Counted from the stretch's first letter, positions 1 through 12,337 are shown. The stretch: 64,000 bases of DNA from Nemertoderma westbladi (GCA_032718475.1 JAUCBJ010002827.1:1-64000); one strand, 5' to 3'. The notes: generated from the sequence alone by a model not told the origin. A program made the numbers and translations.

Positions 1-1990
1 GCCTTATATGCCTAAAGGTTAATCCGGCACTGTATTTTAATGGATATATGCAATTTAACTTCTTCTTTTTATTAACTTTTTAACTTTCAATGCAATCAAA
101 TATAACTGTAAAGCTATTGACTTTCGTGTTATTGGTTTTGCTGTTACTTCGAGATGGGATTTGAATCCCATCGGATTACTGATTAATTCCCATCATCGAG
201 ATGGGAATACTTTATAATGAAACAGTGTGGTGGTCCGCGGGATAGTGGGAAGGGATGGGACTGTTGCTGGTTGGTGGAATGTGACTGCCTGAAAAATTAA
301 AACAAACAAAACTTCCAGACTTCTATATTTTTACTTTCAAAACAAAACGTCCAAAACATTTCAATGCTGAAGTACTGTTCAAGTCCCATGGATGTATGGT
401 TGATAAACAGATAAAGAGGGGCAGAGGGGGGTCAGGGTTTCTGGTAGACTATAGTCCCCGCGATGATGGCTGTTCTTGTTTAGGTTACTCTTACTCAATA
501 AACATATAAATCAGAACGAGTTAATCTAATGGAACGATGCCTTTCGTGGCGTTAGCATACTCAAATTTATTAGGGCATAATATTTATGACGAGTAAGGGA
601 CTTTAGTATAATCAGAACGCGATGTTTGATATTTATACAGTACTGCAGTATGCAGTAAAACCTGTTGTCTGACAGCAGACAGGTCTGCAGGTTGATGTAC
701 CGTATTGTACCGTGGAGATCAGAGATTATTGCCATACATCCTGATTGACGACCGTGTATCACGTTACTGCAAGTTGACACATAAATTACATTAATATCTA
801 TGGGACTACACCTACCTACATTCACCCTACACGTGCATCTACATGTAGGCTACACATACCTACATGAAGCCTCTATGTAGGCTATACCTCTACGCAAAAG
901 ATATACCCCCATTAATGTGCCTCTACCGGTTGACCAGTAAAACTGTTGTAATGCATGCTGATTGGTTACTGTTCCTTGGTTGCCGGGCAACAATGGTTTC
1001 TGGGTAGTATTAGACACTTTCAAATTATTTTTTTTAGCAGCATATTAGGTAAAATTTAATGCTATTTAATGCCAATCATTTTTTCACTGTTTTCTGGACA
1101 GTTTATAGTTGTCCCAATGTTTTACGGAGATTACTTAATGGTGTGCTATGCGAGGAGTACATTTAAGATTACAAATTCAGTGTAATATGTACATGTATTA
1201 AATTTCCTGTTGATCAATATTTTTACTGTTTTACTATTGTTTTCCTAATTTAGAATTATCCTTCTTTCTATACCTACTGTTTATAACATACTTATTGGGA
1301 ATTTGATCCAAAGGTAAATTCACAGCCAGCCAAGCTGGGTTTCTAGTATTGAAATATAGTTGTAATCAAATCAGGGGACTTGGTTTTCACTCAGGAAGTA
1401 CTCCAAACCCTAGTAAATTGATTACAACTATGGAGACTACGAAGTAGGTTTGCTGTATTTTTAGGGTGAAATTTGGCAAATTTTGCAAAATTTTAAAGGC
1501 CATGAGGCTGGGTAGATTTATATGAACATCAAAATTTCACATTTTGTGTTTGTTTCCAACCTATTTGACATTAATTATTTGTATCTTCCTTAACTTTTAT
1601 CAAAAATACAAAATATCTGGGATTTTCAAAACTGGCATTGCCTTCTCAAAAATTTGAAATTTTCAACTGTCGTGAGGCGCGCTTAGAATTTTTAGAAATC
1701 AAAATTTTTTTTTGCAAAGTTAGTTTAGACCGATTTGGCATCAGAAAAATAGTGCTTCCCTTAAAAATAAGGAAAAAAATTTTTTCACTCCACCCTAATG
1801 TAGGTATCCAAGAGCAAATCAAAGGTCAATCAATAGGCATAACTTTATAGTCAGGCTTATATTTTCTGAATCTTGCATGAGATATTGTAGTAAATGTTTT
1901 GCGTGATTTTAATAGGAAATTTTATTGTGATCAATAAGCTAACTGATCCGGGTGATCCCCAACTTTCATTGTTGAGGATTTTGTTTTTAT

Positions 1991-2515
1991 TTGTTGCTCG
2001 TTGTTGCTCATTGTTGCTCATTGTTGCTCGTTGTTGCTCGTTGTTGCTCATTGTTGCTCATTGTTGCTCGTTGTTGCTCATTGTTGCTCATTGTTGCTCG
2101 CTGCTTCTCGTTGTTGCTCATTGTTGCTCGTTGTTGCTCATTGTTGCTCGCTGTTGCTCATTGTTGTTCGTTGTTGCTCATTGTTGCTCGTTGTTGTACT
2201 TTATTATTGCTCGTTGTTGTACTCTATTATTGCTCGTTGTTGCTCATTGTTGCTCGTTGTTGCTCATTGTTGCTCGTTGTTGCTCATTGTTGCTCATTGT
2301 TGCTCGTTGTTGCTTATTGTTGCTCATTGTTGCTCGTTGTTGCTTGGTGTAGCTCATTGTTGTTCGTTGTTGCTCATTGTTGCTCGTTGTTGTACTTTAT
2401 TATTGCTCGTTGTTGTACTCTATTATTGCTCGTTGTTGCTCATTGTTGCTCATTGTTGCTCGTTGTTGCTTGGTGTAGCTCATTGTTACTCGTTGTTAGT
2501 CATTGTAGCTCGTTT
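1991..2515. repeat. 10-bp tandem repeat TTGTTGCTC(A/G), about 50 degenerate copies
   Basis: Periodicity is directly visible. The overlapping ORFs at 1857-2560 are translations of the repeat. Confidence 0.95.
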
Positions 2516-3919
2516 TGCATTTTAGCACCTACACAAATCTTCATTTTACTATCCAGGTAGAACCCACCTTATAACATAAAAGAGGAGCTTATTGGAATAA
2601 TACTGAGTAAAAACGTTCTGGAACACCAACGAATACCCATGGGGGGATTGAAAATCGTATTACTTTGGCATTTAAAGTCGTGAAATTGGTAACTTTTAGT
2701 AAAATCCTAAACGATGCCAGTTGAGCATCAGTCGCATTATTGATGCCATAACAATATTACCTACCCGATTCAGTTAAAACATTTACTGTAGGCCTACTTA
2801 CATGCAAGGTTTAATGCAATATCTGTTGGACCATTACTACATTAAAATGCTATGTAGTAGACAAATCAAAACAAAATCATAACCAATAATTTTCAACAAT
2901 GATGGGTTCATTTTCAATTACAAAGTAACCACTAAATTTGTCTTGGATACTCAATTTTAACTCAGTTTCCTTTTCTGAAAAAATTTTATTCTAATATATT
3001 TCAATTAAAGATGAGTTTTATTTTTTACAAATTAAAATGTTAAACATTTAATTTACTTTACGCTTGTTTACTTACAATATTTTGTTGAAAAAATGTATGG
3101 TTCCAGTTGATTGTCGGCGACAGTAGTTGTAGTAGTAGTCGTAATGTCCTGAATTTTTTTTGTTTATGTTGTTTTTGGTTGTTTTGTTTGCGTTTTTTCA
3201 TGCAAGGCCCTAGGGCTGAGTTCTCTTTTGGGCGTAGTGTCTTGATTCTATGTTTTTTGTTGGTTTGTGGGGTGTAAGACTCTAGTGTTTACCTGTCTAT
3301 TTTACAGTAGTTGTTGTCTGCCCGCCAGTACAAAATACAGATGGTGAAGAAAATTAAAGAAATTCCTGATCTACCTACACCGTGAACAGGTAACCCATAT
3401 GATGTGCCATATGGCCGCGGGCTTACTGCATTCTATTATGAGTAGGCCTATTATAAAGCATTCTCACCCGCTGTATAAACGCTTAAAAGTTATACGTATA
3501 CTTTATTTTATACATATGGCATACGGATTAACAGACAAGAATGAATTAAATTTTTGTAAATAAAATAAACTTTATATCTAGCACCTGTTACGCACAATAT
3601 AAATATTATTGCCAATCTATGCGTATGACGGCCCTAGTATTCCGTTCATTATTACTGTATTTCGAGTGGATTGTTACATTGTCTTCGAATTATAAGAAAT
3701 CCGGGCACTTTCTGATGGCTGTAGTTTGACAAAGAACTTTAACTTATTAATTTCATGCAGAAATATATACAGTTCTTTAGTGCTAAATAACCGTGAGTAA
3801 TCGTTGATACAGCTGTGTCACCATTTATCCACTTATTATATTACCTATTAATCTCATGGAATATTCAAATTGTCGCATTGATATTCCAACGGAAATAGCT
3901 ATTCCGTAAATTAATCACA

Positions 3920-6856
3920 ATGAATTATTTTTTGTTATTAAGTTTCTCTTTGTTTTTGTCCGCAAATAGAGCAGAGGAATTGCTCCCAGATGTGCCTCCT
4001 CCAGTGCCGTTACCATTACCATTATCATTATTGCCGCCAATACCATTTAAATGTCCGCTTATTCTGGTAACACCTGATTGCTCCATGGACGACTGGTCTG
4101 ATTGTTCCAGCGACGACCAATGTAATAACGGGGAATTGTGTTGTCACAACGGCTGTCAATTGAAATGCACCGAACCTGTAGAAATTCCTCCGTGTAACAC
4201 TGAGAAACCTGGCGAGTGTCAACTGGTTAATCCAGACATCGAGATTTTTTGCATGGAAATTGTACCCCACCAGTGCGAATGTGATGCTCATTGTCCTAAT
4301 AATTACAAATGCTGCTGGGGACCTTGCTACAGGGAATGCCACCCGCCAGTAGAATTTCCACCATGTGATACGGAACATCCTGGGATTTGTCCAGATCCTG
4401 CTCTTTTGGATATAATGTGTAAACATCCCCCGGCTCATGAGTGCATGTGTGACCATCACTGCCAGGACAATGAAAAGTGTTGCTCGAATGGTTGTCAAAA
4501 TACCTGCATTACCGCGATTTTTGATCTTCCATGCTTTACAGAGAAGCCATGTAAATGTCCAAAGGTTGTAAAGCCGTTTACTTGTCTTATTTCTGACGCA
4601 GTGGCTGAGGAAATCACATTAAATTTGACAGAAGCAGCAAAAAAGAAAGCCGCAAAAAAGAAGGCAGCAAAAAAGAAGACAGCAAAAAAAGCGAAAAAGA
4701 AAACTTCAAAAAAGAATGCCACATTGAATGGAGCAATCAATGTCGCAGAAATTTCCGATATAATACCTTACACTAAATTTTGCGATTGCGATGATGATTG
4801 CATTGGACAAATGAAGTGTTGTTTCGATGGGTGCACTACTTCTTGTGTTAAACCCATATGCCCTTGCCTTACTGAGAGGATTGGCAAGTGCCCGAAGATT
4901 CTTTGCCCACCAATGTATTGTCCGTATCCGAGCATCCATCAGTGCCACTGCGATGAAGATTGTAAGCCTCCGTATAAGTGCTGCAACGACGGATGCAAGA
5001 ACGTTTGTGTTCGACCAGTGCTGCCCTGTCTGTATGAACGAATTGGTAAATGTCCTAAAAGTGTGTTCCCTCTGGAGATTGCCTTTCCTGGACCAGTTAC
5101 TCATGAATGCTACTGCGATAATGATTGCAAAGCACCTCAAAAGTGTTGTCGCGATGGTTGCCGATACGTGTGCAAAACACCTTGTACATGGCCTTGTAAA
5201 GTCAAGATTGGTACTTGCCCAAAGGTGTCGTTTTTACCAATATGTCCTGTAGACATGAAGGATGAATGCTGCTGCGATACAGACTGTCCAGGGAAGAAGA
5301 AATGTTGTTGGGATGGGTGTAAGAAAACTTGTGAAGATGCATGGAAGGTCAATCCGGGAGTTTGTCCATACGTGCCGGTGCTCAGTGATCGAGCCTGTCC
5401 AGATCGTGAGCACGAATGTACACATGATGGGGAATGTCGAAATGCAGGTAAATGTTGTCAAGATTCCTGTAAACGTGTCTGTAAGAGACCAGATACCGAT
5501 GTAACGAGCAACACGTGCTGTCCAGATGGAGTTAGGCTTAACTTATGTTATGTTGATCCTTGCCATGGGGCAGAATGTCCTGCAAACCCCGATGCAGAGT
5601 GTGTGAGGGATTATTGTGGCGGATGCAGACACAAATTTGTTGATGATTTTGGAAATATCGTGGATTGTGAGCCATTTGGTCCTTGTCCACCTGGAATACC
5701 TTATGTGTACTGCATTGTCAACCCATGCGACTTTGCCATATGTCCTGCACACCCCGATGCGATTTGCATACCTAACTACTGCGGTGGGTGTAATGCGGTC
5801 TTCTACAATTCTAATGGGCAAGCAGTTAACTGTGAGGAAACAGGTCCTTGCCCGCCAGGTGTTCCATTAGTCAGATGCGCAGTCAACCCATGTCATTTAC
5901 ACCCATGCCCCAATCATCCTGATGCCCATTGCAAACCGAACTTTTGCGGGGGTTGTTTTGCTGATTACTTTGATGAAGATGGCAACATCATTGATTGTGA
6001 TTGGCACGACTGTCCATGTCCCCCAGGGGTTCATCCTGTCTCGTGTTTCGTTAACCCATGCGACATCGCTGTATGCCCAGCTCATCCTAAAGCGCACTGC
6101 ATACCGTACTACTGCGGTGGATGTCATGCGTTCTTCTACAACGGTCTAAACCAGGTTGTCGATTGTGAACCAGCAACAGTCCCCATAACAACTACATCGT
6201 GCTTCTACACACCTTGTTTCGCAGACCCTTGCACCTTGTACTATTGCCCAGAACATCCCACAGCGATTTGTCAAGGAAATTACTGCAATGGATGCTTCGC
6301 TGAATTTTTCGATGATTTTGGGGTTCAGTATATGGACTGCACTCCTTGGGTATTCATAACAAGCACACCACCTACATCATCCTCGACTACGTCATGTTTA
6401 CCACTTCCTTGTGGGTGGGATGTCTGTTCAGCAAACTACTGCCCCGAGCACCTCGATGCGGTTTGCACAATAATTCCCTGCACTTGTGACATAATGTGGA
6501 TGAATCCATCAGGCGGTGTTTATATGGATTGCACTACGACCAGTACAGTACCACCAACAATAGGACCGCCAACATCGACAACAATCGCCGCACCTCCCAC
6601 TTCGACTGTGGCTATGCCACCCTCAACAACTACTACCTCATGCCCACCACTTCCTTGTGGATGGGATGTCTGCTCAGCGAATTACTGCCCGGAACATGCA
6701 GATGCGATCTGCTCTATACTTCCTTGCAGCTGTACCATTGTTTGGTTGATCCCAGGAGGTGGTATCTACCTGGATTGTTCTACAGTTAGCACGACCCCAT
6801 TACCACCAATGCCACCAATAGCAACCGCAGCGCCCTTTCCACCGGCAGTGGAGTGA
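3920..6856 (+). CDS. Secreted cysteine-rich protein: signal peptide, 8 WAP (four-disulfide core) domains, 7 Cys-rich repeats (C-x-C-VNPC-x-CP-x-HP-x-A-x-C-x-YCGGC-x-DC type) and Pro/Thr linkers
   Basis: Uninterrupted 978-aa ORF with hydrophobic N-terminus MNYFLLLSFSLFLSA. It has eight units of pattern (K/R)xGxCP...C..D..C....KCC..GC...C..P, then seven units such as CPPGVPLVRCAVNPC...CPNHPDAHCKPNFCGGC...DC. There is no transmembrane segment. Confidence 0.9.
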   Translation: MNYFLLLSFSLFLSANRAEELLPDVPPPVPLPLPLSLLPPIPFKCPLILVTPDCSMDDWSDCSSDDQCNNGELCCHNGCQLKCTEPVEIPPCNTEKPGECQLVNPDIEIFCMEIVPHQCECDAHCPNNYKCCWGPCYRECHPPVEFPPCDTEHPGICPDPALLDIMCKHPPAHECMCDHHCQDNEKCCSNGCQNTCITAIFDLPCFTEKPCKCPKVVKPFTCLISDAVAEEITLNLTEAAKKKAAKKKAAKKKTAKKAKKKTSKKNATLNGAINVAEISDIIPYTKFCDCDDDCIGQMKCCFDGCTTSCVKPICPCLTERIGKCPKILCPPMYCPYPSIHQCHCDEDCKPPYKCCNDGCKNVCVRPVLPCLYERIGKCPKSVFPLEIAFPGPVTHECYCDNDCKAPQKCCRDGCRYVCKTPCTWPCKVKIGTCPKVSFLPICPVDMKDECCCDTDCPGKKKCCWDGCKKTCEDAWKVNPGVCPYVPVLSDRACPDREHECTHDGECRNAGKCCQDSCKRVCKRPDTDVTSNTCCPDGVRLNLCYVDPCHGAECPANPDAECVRDYCGGCRHKFVDDFGNIVDCEPFGPCPPGIPYVYCIVNPCDFAICPAHPDAICIPNYCGGCNAVFYNSNGQAVNCEETGPCPPGVPLVRCAVNPCHLHPCPNHPDAHCKPNFCGGCFADYFDEDGNIIDCDWHDCPCPPGVHPVSCFVNPCDIAVCPAHPKAHCIPYYCGGCHAFFYNGLNQVVDCEPATVPITTTSCFYTPCFADPCTLYYCPEHPTAICQGNYCNGCFAEFFDDFGVQYMDCTPWVFITSTPPTSSSTTSCLPLPCGWDVCSANYCPEHLDAVCTIIPCTCDIMWMNPSGGVYMDCTTTSTVPPTIGPPTSTTIAAPPTSTVAMPPSTTTTSCPPLPCGWDVCSANYCPEHADAICSILPCSCTIVWLIPGGGIYLDCSTVSTTPLPPMPPIATAAPFPPAVE

Positions 6857-7354
6857 TCCTGTCATTGTTGACAAACAATAACTTTGTAGGGGAAAAGAAA
6901 AACGTAGTGTAGTAATAACTTATTAGAGTGTACATATAATACTACACTGCACTACATATTATTAGGCCTATTCATCGTTACTCGTTCACCACAATATTAC
7001 GCAAATTGGAATTACGATTCAAAAAATGTATTCCGCAAAATGGTCGTTTTAACAGATTTCCTGTATGTTAATAACTAACGTTTCAGGATTAAATACTGGA
7101 CTTTTTTTCCTGAAAATACATGAATTCAAGATAGAAGTATACGAATATTGAATGTTACAAATATTACATTAATTATGTATTATGTTAGGAATATTTCATT
7201 ATTATCTTAAGATATTGTAGTATAATATTATTGAATGGCTGGGTGAAGTCAATTATTTAATGGTGATTGGATAAATTATTACACATAATTTAAGAACAAA
7301 AAAACAATTAGTTTTTTATCTAATTGCGGAAGTGTGACGGTATATATAATCATA

Positions 7355-7906
7355 TTTACTAGAAACGCAACGCAAGCGTTGCGGAAAGGAGCCCTTTTCA
7401 CCGAGTTATGAAGACCCTGAAATTGGTACGGTTTTTTTTGTATATGTTCAGTTTGTTTACCATCGATTGGATCAACATTTCGGAGAGCTGGAACATGCAG
7501 TGGAATTACAACCCGACATCGCGACACCTTTATTAGTATGTATGTATGTGTGTGGATGTGGATATGTTTGTGGTTCCACTATAGCACTTCAGGACTCCAG
7601 CCTATTCGAACGTCTCGCAGAATATAAATAAACGTACGTGTAGCGTCGCGCAGCACGAGCAGCTGCTTACTCGAGAAAGGGTAACCCAAGTACTTACTCG
7701 TGCAGCACGAATGCCCCACGAAAATTTTCAAAATATTGGAACTTTTCCTCTCGTAGGTTAATCCAAATTAGGATAGAATTGAGTAAAGGCTTCAAAACGA
7801 TTGAATTTTCTATCACAAACAGACGGACGGACAAACAGACGGACATGATAATAGGCCCTAATACTACTGTAATTGAAATTGTGCGCTAGTAGCTTCGCTC
7901 ACTAAT
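7355..7906 (+). mobile_element. Putative non-autonomous Helitron/Helentron(DINE-1)-like element
   Basis: 5' ACTAG plus palindrome GCAACGC-AA-GCGTTGC, internal ACAG/ACGG microsatellite (7820-7845) and 3' GCGCTAGTAGCTTCGCTCACT. A diverged reverse copy of the 3' ~100 bp lies at ~59315-59424. Family assignment is inference. Confidence 0.3.
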
Positions 7907-7996
7907 CGTGGCTCGTTCCACAGTATATTAATTTAATACAGTTCCAATATAATAATTTATTTAATATAATTGAAGTAGAAGCTTGAAAATCCAATA

Positions 7997-8684
7997 ATAA
8001 AGAGTTAATTGTATTTTATTTATTAATTAAGCACGTTAAGTAAAAACCTTACCGGTAGCTATGTCAGTGCCAAAGTATGTAAAAAACTAAAAAGCAACAA
8101 GACCTAGACGTTGCATGCAATCAGTGATCAGCTGACGGCAGCCAGCTGATCGGTAGGTTTCGCCCCGCAACTGAAGGCATTCTCAGGAGGCCAAGCCAGG
8201 AAATGTAGAGAGAGAGTCCCAAAGGGGGACGGAACAGGTAACGAAATGAAGATATGTCTGTACTGCAACTAACCACTGGGAAGCAGCACCGTAAACTTGC
8301 GCCAGTCACGTTTCTGCTTGTTGATAACCGGCTTGCGTGTTTGGATGTGATACATTTCAAGCTTTTGCAAGACTGGCCGCAATGGGTGTCTAGCAATTAC
8401 AGTGAAATGTTTAAACAATTCACGCCAGTCAGTCAGCCAACGTGTATTGGGCTCGCCGCGGTGCGTCATGATGTGGTTGTGCACAGTCTTACCCTGTTCG
8501 CTCCCATCATTGGCTGTCCCAGCCTGGTGCTGTCTAACGCGTTCAAACAAGTGTTGGATGGTGTGTCCAACATATTCCCTCTTACAAGAGGGACAAGAGA
8601 AAGAGTAAACGACGTTAGACGCAAGGATTTCCGGGATGGGGTGTTTGAGAGATGGGAGTGACTGGCGCAGTTTAGATGTTGTAA
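7997..8684 (-). repeat. Inverted pLTR copy (~688 bp) of 9778-10464
   Basis: ORF 8269-8718(-) reproduces the C-terminus of ORF 9222-10193(+) (TTSKLRQSLPSLKHP...FTVLLPSG), and the 3' UTRs match in reverse complement. Confidence 0.95.
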
Positions 8685-10193
8685 GGTTGTTAGAAGGTAC
8701 ATAAATCTGGTGTCCCACTCTGTCCCATAACCTCTATGCGCGGCAGCATTTACCATCCTGTCGATGGGTTTCTCAGATACATGCTGGATGTGCTGCCTGA
8801 AGGCTACTAACAGTGCTGAGTCTGCCGATCGTCTCGCTGAACTAGAGGTAGAACCCACGGACCGCCTCTACTCCCTGGACGTTGTGAGTTTATTCCCTAA
8901 CGTCCCACTGAGGGAGGCGGTGCAGCTTGCTGCTGATCTACTGTATGAGCGGCATCCGGACAGCCAGCCAATCAGCAAGGACCAATTTATTTGTCTTATG
9001 CTGTTAGCCACCAAGGATGTCATATTCCTAGATCATCATGGCAACTACGTCTGTCAGAAAGCTGGTGTCGCTGTGGGGTGTCCATTGGGCCCCATACTCG
9101 CCAACATATTTCTGTCACAGTTCGACGAGAGGATCGCTGCGGGCACCAAGCTCAGTGACGACGGCGACGGTGGTACGTCGATGATGTATTTAGTGTTGGC
9201 AGTGACGACCCCACTGAGAAGTTGAGAGAGGTCAATGCCCTCCATCCCAATCTTAGGTTTACCCTTGAGATGGAGGAGGGCGGGCGCTTGTACATTCTTG
9301 ATTTGGTTGTCACTCGGGTTGACTATGCTCTTTCAACAGCGTGGAACCACAAGCATACAGATACTGGGCTCGTTCTCAATGCCACTGCGTGTGCCCCTGA
9401 GTCTCACAAACGCGGTGTAGTTCGTGGTATGTTTCATCGCATCTTTAATGCCAGTAAGGGTGGGGATGGTTCCCAACTTTATACCGCTATTAGGAATGCT
9501 AAGAATATTCTTAGCAATAACCAATATACTGATACGATGGTCGAGCATGAGCTTGCCGTAGTTCAAGCCGCTAGGGGGCGTGCAGGCAGTGGTTCTGGGG
9601 GCGAGGCACCAACAGCTGTCCCCACCGAGGTCATTGACCCGGTCGACCAGGCAGCTGCTGATGATTCCAAGCCTATTATCTGTAAGTTCGAGTACCGAGG
9701 TCGGGCAACTGATCTGTTTGTTCGAAAGTTACGTGGTCTTATACCCAGGTCTTGCACACGGCCAGTTCGGTTTGTTTTTACAACATCTAAACTGCGCCAG
9801 TCACTCCCATCTCTCAAACACCCCATCCCGGAAATCCTTGCGTCTAACGTCGTTTACTCTTTCTCTTGTCCCTCTTGTAAGGGGGAATATGTTGGACACA
9901 CCATCCAACACTTGTTTGAACGCGTTAGACAGCACCAGGATGGGACAGCCAATGATGGGAGCGAACAGGGTAAGACTGTGCCCAACCACATCATGACGCA
10001 CCGCGGCGAGCCCAATACACGTTGGCTGACTGACTGGCGTGAATTGTTTAAACATTTCACTGTAATTGCTAGACACCCATTGCGGCCAGTCTTGCAAAAG
10101 CTTGAAATGTATTACATCCAAACACGCAAGCCGGTTATCAACAAGCAGAAACGTGACTGGCGCAAGTTTACGGTGCTGCTTCCCAGTGGTTAG
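8685..10193 (+). pseudogene. Penelope-type reverse transcriptase + GIY-YIG endonuclease, frameshifted
   Basis: Motifs KVHKSGVPLCPI, SLDVVSLFPNVP, QKAGVAVGCPLGPILANIF, YVDD (~9174-9185, shifted frame), HPNLRFTLEME, and NVVYSFSCPSCKGEYVGHT...RVRQH (GIY-YIG with CCHH). Confidence 0.9.
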
Positions 10194-10274
10194 TTACAGT
10201 ACAGACATATCTTCATTTCGTTACCTGTTCCGTCCCCTTTGGGAATCTCTCTCTACATTTCCTGGCTTGGCCTC

Positions 10275-10360
10275 CTGAGAATGCCTTCAGTTGCGGGGCG
10301 AAACCTACCGATCAGCTGGCTGCCGTCAGCTGATCACTGATTGCATGCAACGTCTAGGTC
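10275..10360 (+). ncRNA. Variant hammerhead-like motif in the pLTR (second copy at ~8101-8186, minus strand)
   Basis: CTGAGAA-T-GCC(TTCAGTTGCG)GGGC-GAAA-CCTA...TAGG-TC. Stems II and III can form, but the core is CUGAGAA rather than CUGANGA and stem I is not evident. Penelope pLTRs are known to carry hammerheads. Confidence 0.4.
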
Positions 10361-10548
10361 TTGTTGCTTTTTAGTTTTTTACATACTTTGGCACTGACAT
10401 ACCTACCGGTAAGGTTTTTACTTAACGTGCTTGATTAATAAATAAAATACAATTAACTCTTTATCATTTAATATAGATCCATCTAACAACTTTTGTTATT
10501 GGGTTATTTAATACGCATGACCATTCAGTTTGACAAAACATTAACTTT

Positions 10549-11739
10549 TGTTACATTATGTCAACTTAACAGCGTTCTGGTGAATTACTTGTAACGCTGC
10601 AAAGTACAGTACTACTGTACTTTGCATCGTTGCAGCCTATAGGACGGAACGTTGCAAAGTATTCAATGACATGGAAACAACTTCAATTGCCATATTCCAG
10701 AATGTATTATTTCCATTTATGTTAATGAGTGCTGCTTTATTATCCAATTTGCAGTGACGGGACTAGCTACTATATGTAAATAATTGTTTAACGTGTACTG
10801 TAAAATCCATTATGGCGAAACGTCCAAGAGAAGACACTAAAATGACCAAAGAAAATGGCGACAGTGTTCAGTAAAATTGAAGGACACAGACGGTGACTAA
10901 GTTTGCTTCAGTCGACTATACTGTAGTCAAGATGGATTAATGATTATCTCATCCATATAGGAGATAACTTCAAATAAACTTTAATTAGATTTAAATGTAT
11001 AATTAATACTGTGTACCTATTAATAAATTTCACTTATATTAGATATACAGTAGTACATGATTAAAATGTTTAAATGAGTATCCATAAAATCCTTTCTTCA
11101 CATACCGAATGCTGATAAGTTGACAAAATGTAACAAAATTACACACATTGCTTGCAAAGGTCACTTGTCAGCGTTAATGACCTTTGTTTATTTATGTAAA
11201 CCTCCCTCGCTGCGCTCGCTTGGTACATAAATAAACTCGGGTCATAACGCTGCAAAGTACTATTTTGCACACAATGATGAAAATAGCTATTGTTACATTA
11301 TGTCAACTTAACAGAGTTCTGCTGAATTACTCGTAACGCTGCAAAGTAATCAATAACCTGGAAAAACAACTTAAATTACCGTATTCCAGAATGTATTATT
11401 TCCATTTATATTAATGTGTGCTTCTATATTCAATAAAGCAGCACGTTTTTGCATAATGCGTGCGTCCAGTTTGAAGTCACGGGACTAGCTACTGTATGTA
11501 AATAATTGTTTAATGTGTCAAGACTTTATTCCATACGTCCTATAGAAGACATTTTAGAGAAAACGAGCAAATAAAATATGGAGACAGTGTTCAGTAAAAC
11601 TGAACGGACACAGACGGTGACTCAGTGGACGACGGATCAAAGATTTATCACATCCATGCAGGACATAACAACAATAAACTTTAATTAGATATACATGTTT
11701 AATTAATATTTTGTACCTGTTAATAAATTTCGAAATAGT
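10549..11739. repeat. Head-to-tail ~740-bp repeat units; the second unit (from ~11290) is split by BEL element 1 and resumes at 19166-19360
   Basis: Shared blocks TGTTACATTATGTCAACTTAAC, TATTCCAGAATGTATTATTTCC, GGACACAGACGGTGACT, ACATGATTAAAATGTTTAAATGAG and GGTACATAAATAAACTCGGGTCATAACGC occur in the same order in both units. Confidence 0.85.
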
Positions 11740-12302
11740 TGTAAATAATCGCCAGGTTGTTTACCCATTTTTGGGATCGAAACGTAATCTGCTGTCTTGC
11801 AGCACTCTGTCCAACCTCCCTCTAGCGGGACGGTTGGCAGGCCCTCTTAGGATCGAAACGTAACTAACTGGCCACTCAGCAGTCTCCTTGGCTACCCAAT
11901 AGAGTTGTGGCGGTGCAATTTTGTCGATAAGCCGGCACAGCATCCTTAAAAATGCAGCTGCAATGCAGCATGCCGATCCTAGTAGTAGTGGATACCGAAT
12001 CAGGACGCTTCCTGGGAAGGTATTTAAGGAGCTGCTCGCCACTTTTTCTTCACTTCCAAGTCGACAACCCTTTCTTCCAAAGTTTAGTGATTTAATTCTT
12101 TCCTCTTCTATTTCCTTATTATTCATTGAATTATTAAAAATAAACTCAGTTATCACTTTTACTCAAAATCAACTTTTTCCACCTTCACCTTAAGAAATCT
12201 CTTCTACCTCTACTTTTGGTGCCGATACACAGTTGCACTCCCTTCGGCAACTGGGATTCTAAAATCGAAGGACTCTGCATCTCCAACGCCCAGTTCGCCA
12301 CA
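11740..12302 (+). repeat. 5' LTR of BEL element 1
   Basis: TGTAAATAATCGCC...GTTCGCCACA; matches 18664-19165 apart from indels. Confidence 0.93.
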
Positions 12303-12337
12303 CTTCGAACCGAATTGCTCTCTCAAACACAGTAACT

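Larger units (their letters stand above)
7997..10464 (+). mobile_element. Penelope-like retroelement, 5'-truncated, with inverted pseudo-LTR
   Basis: RT plus GIY-YIG endonuclease coding remnants. 7997-8684 is a near-identical reverse complement of 9778-10464. Confidence 0.92.

Noticed and set aside
1857-2560. Hydrophobic Cys/Leu ORFs in several frames
   Set aside because: They are translations of a 10-bp tandem repeat that is open in most frames.
4028-6789. Antisense and alternative-frame ORFs over the WAP gene (and over gag/pol regions)
   Set aside because: They are shadows of the real coding frame with no independent motifs.
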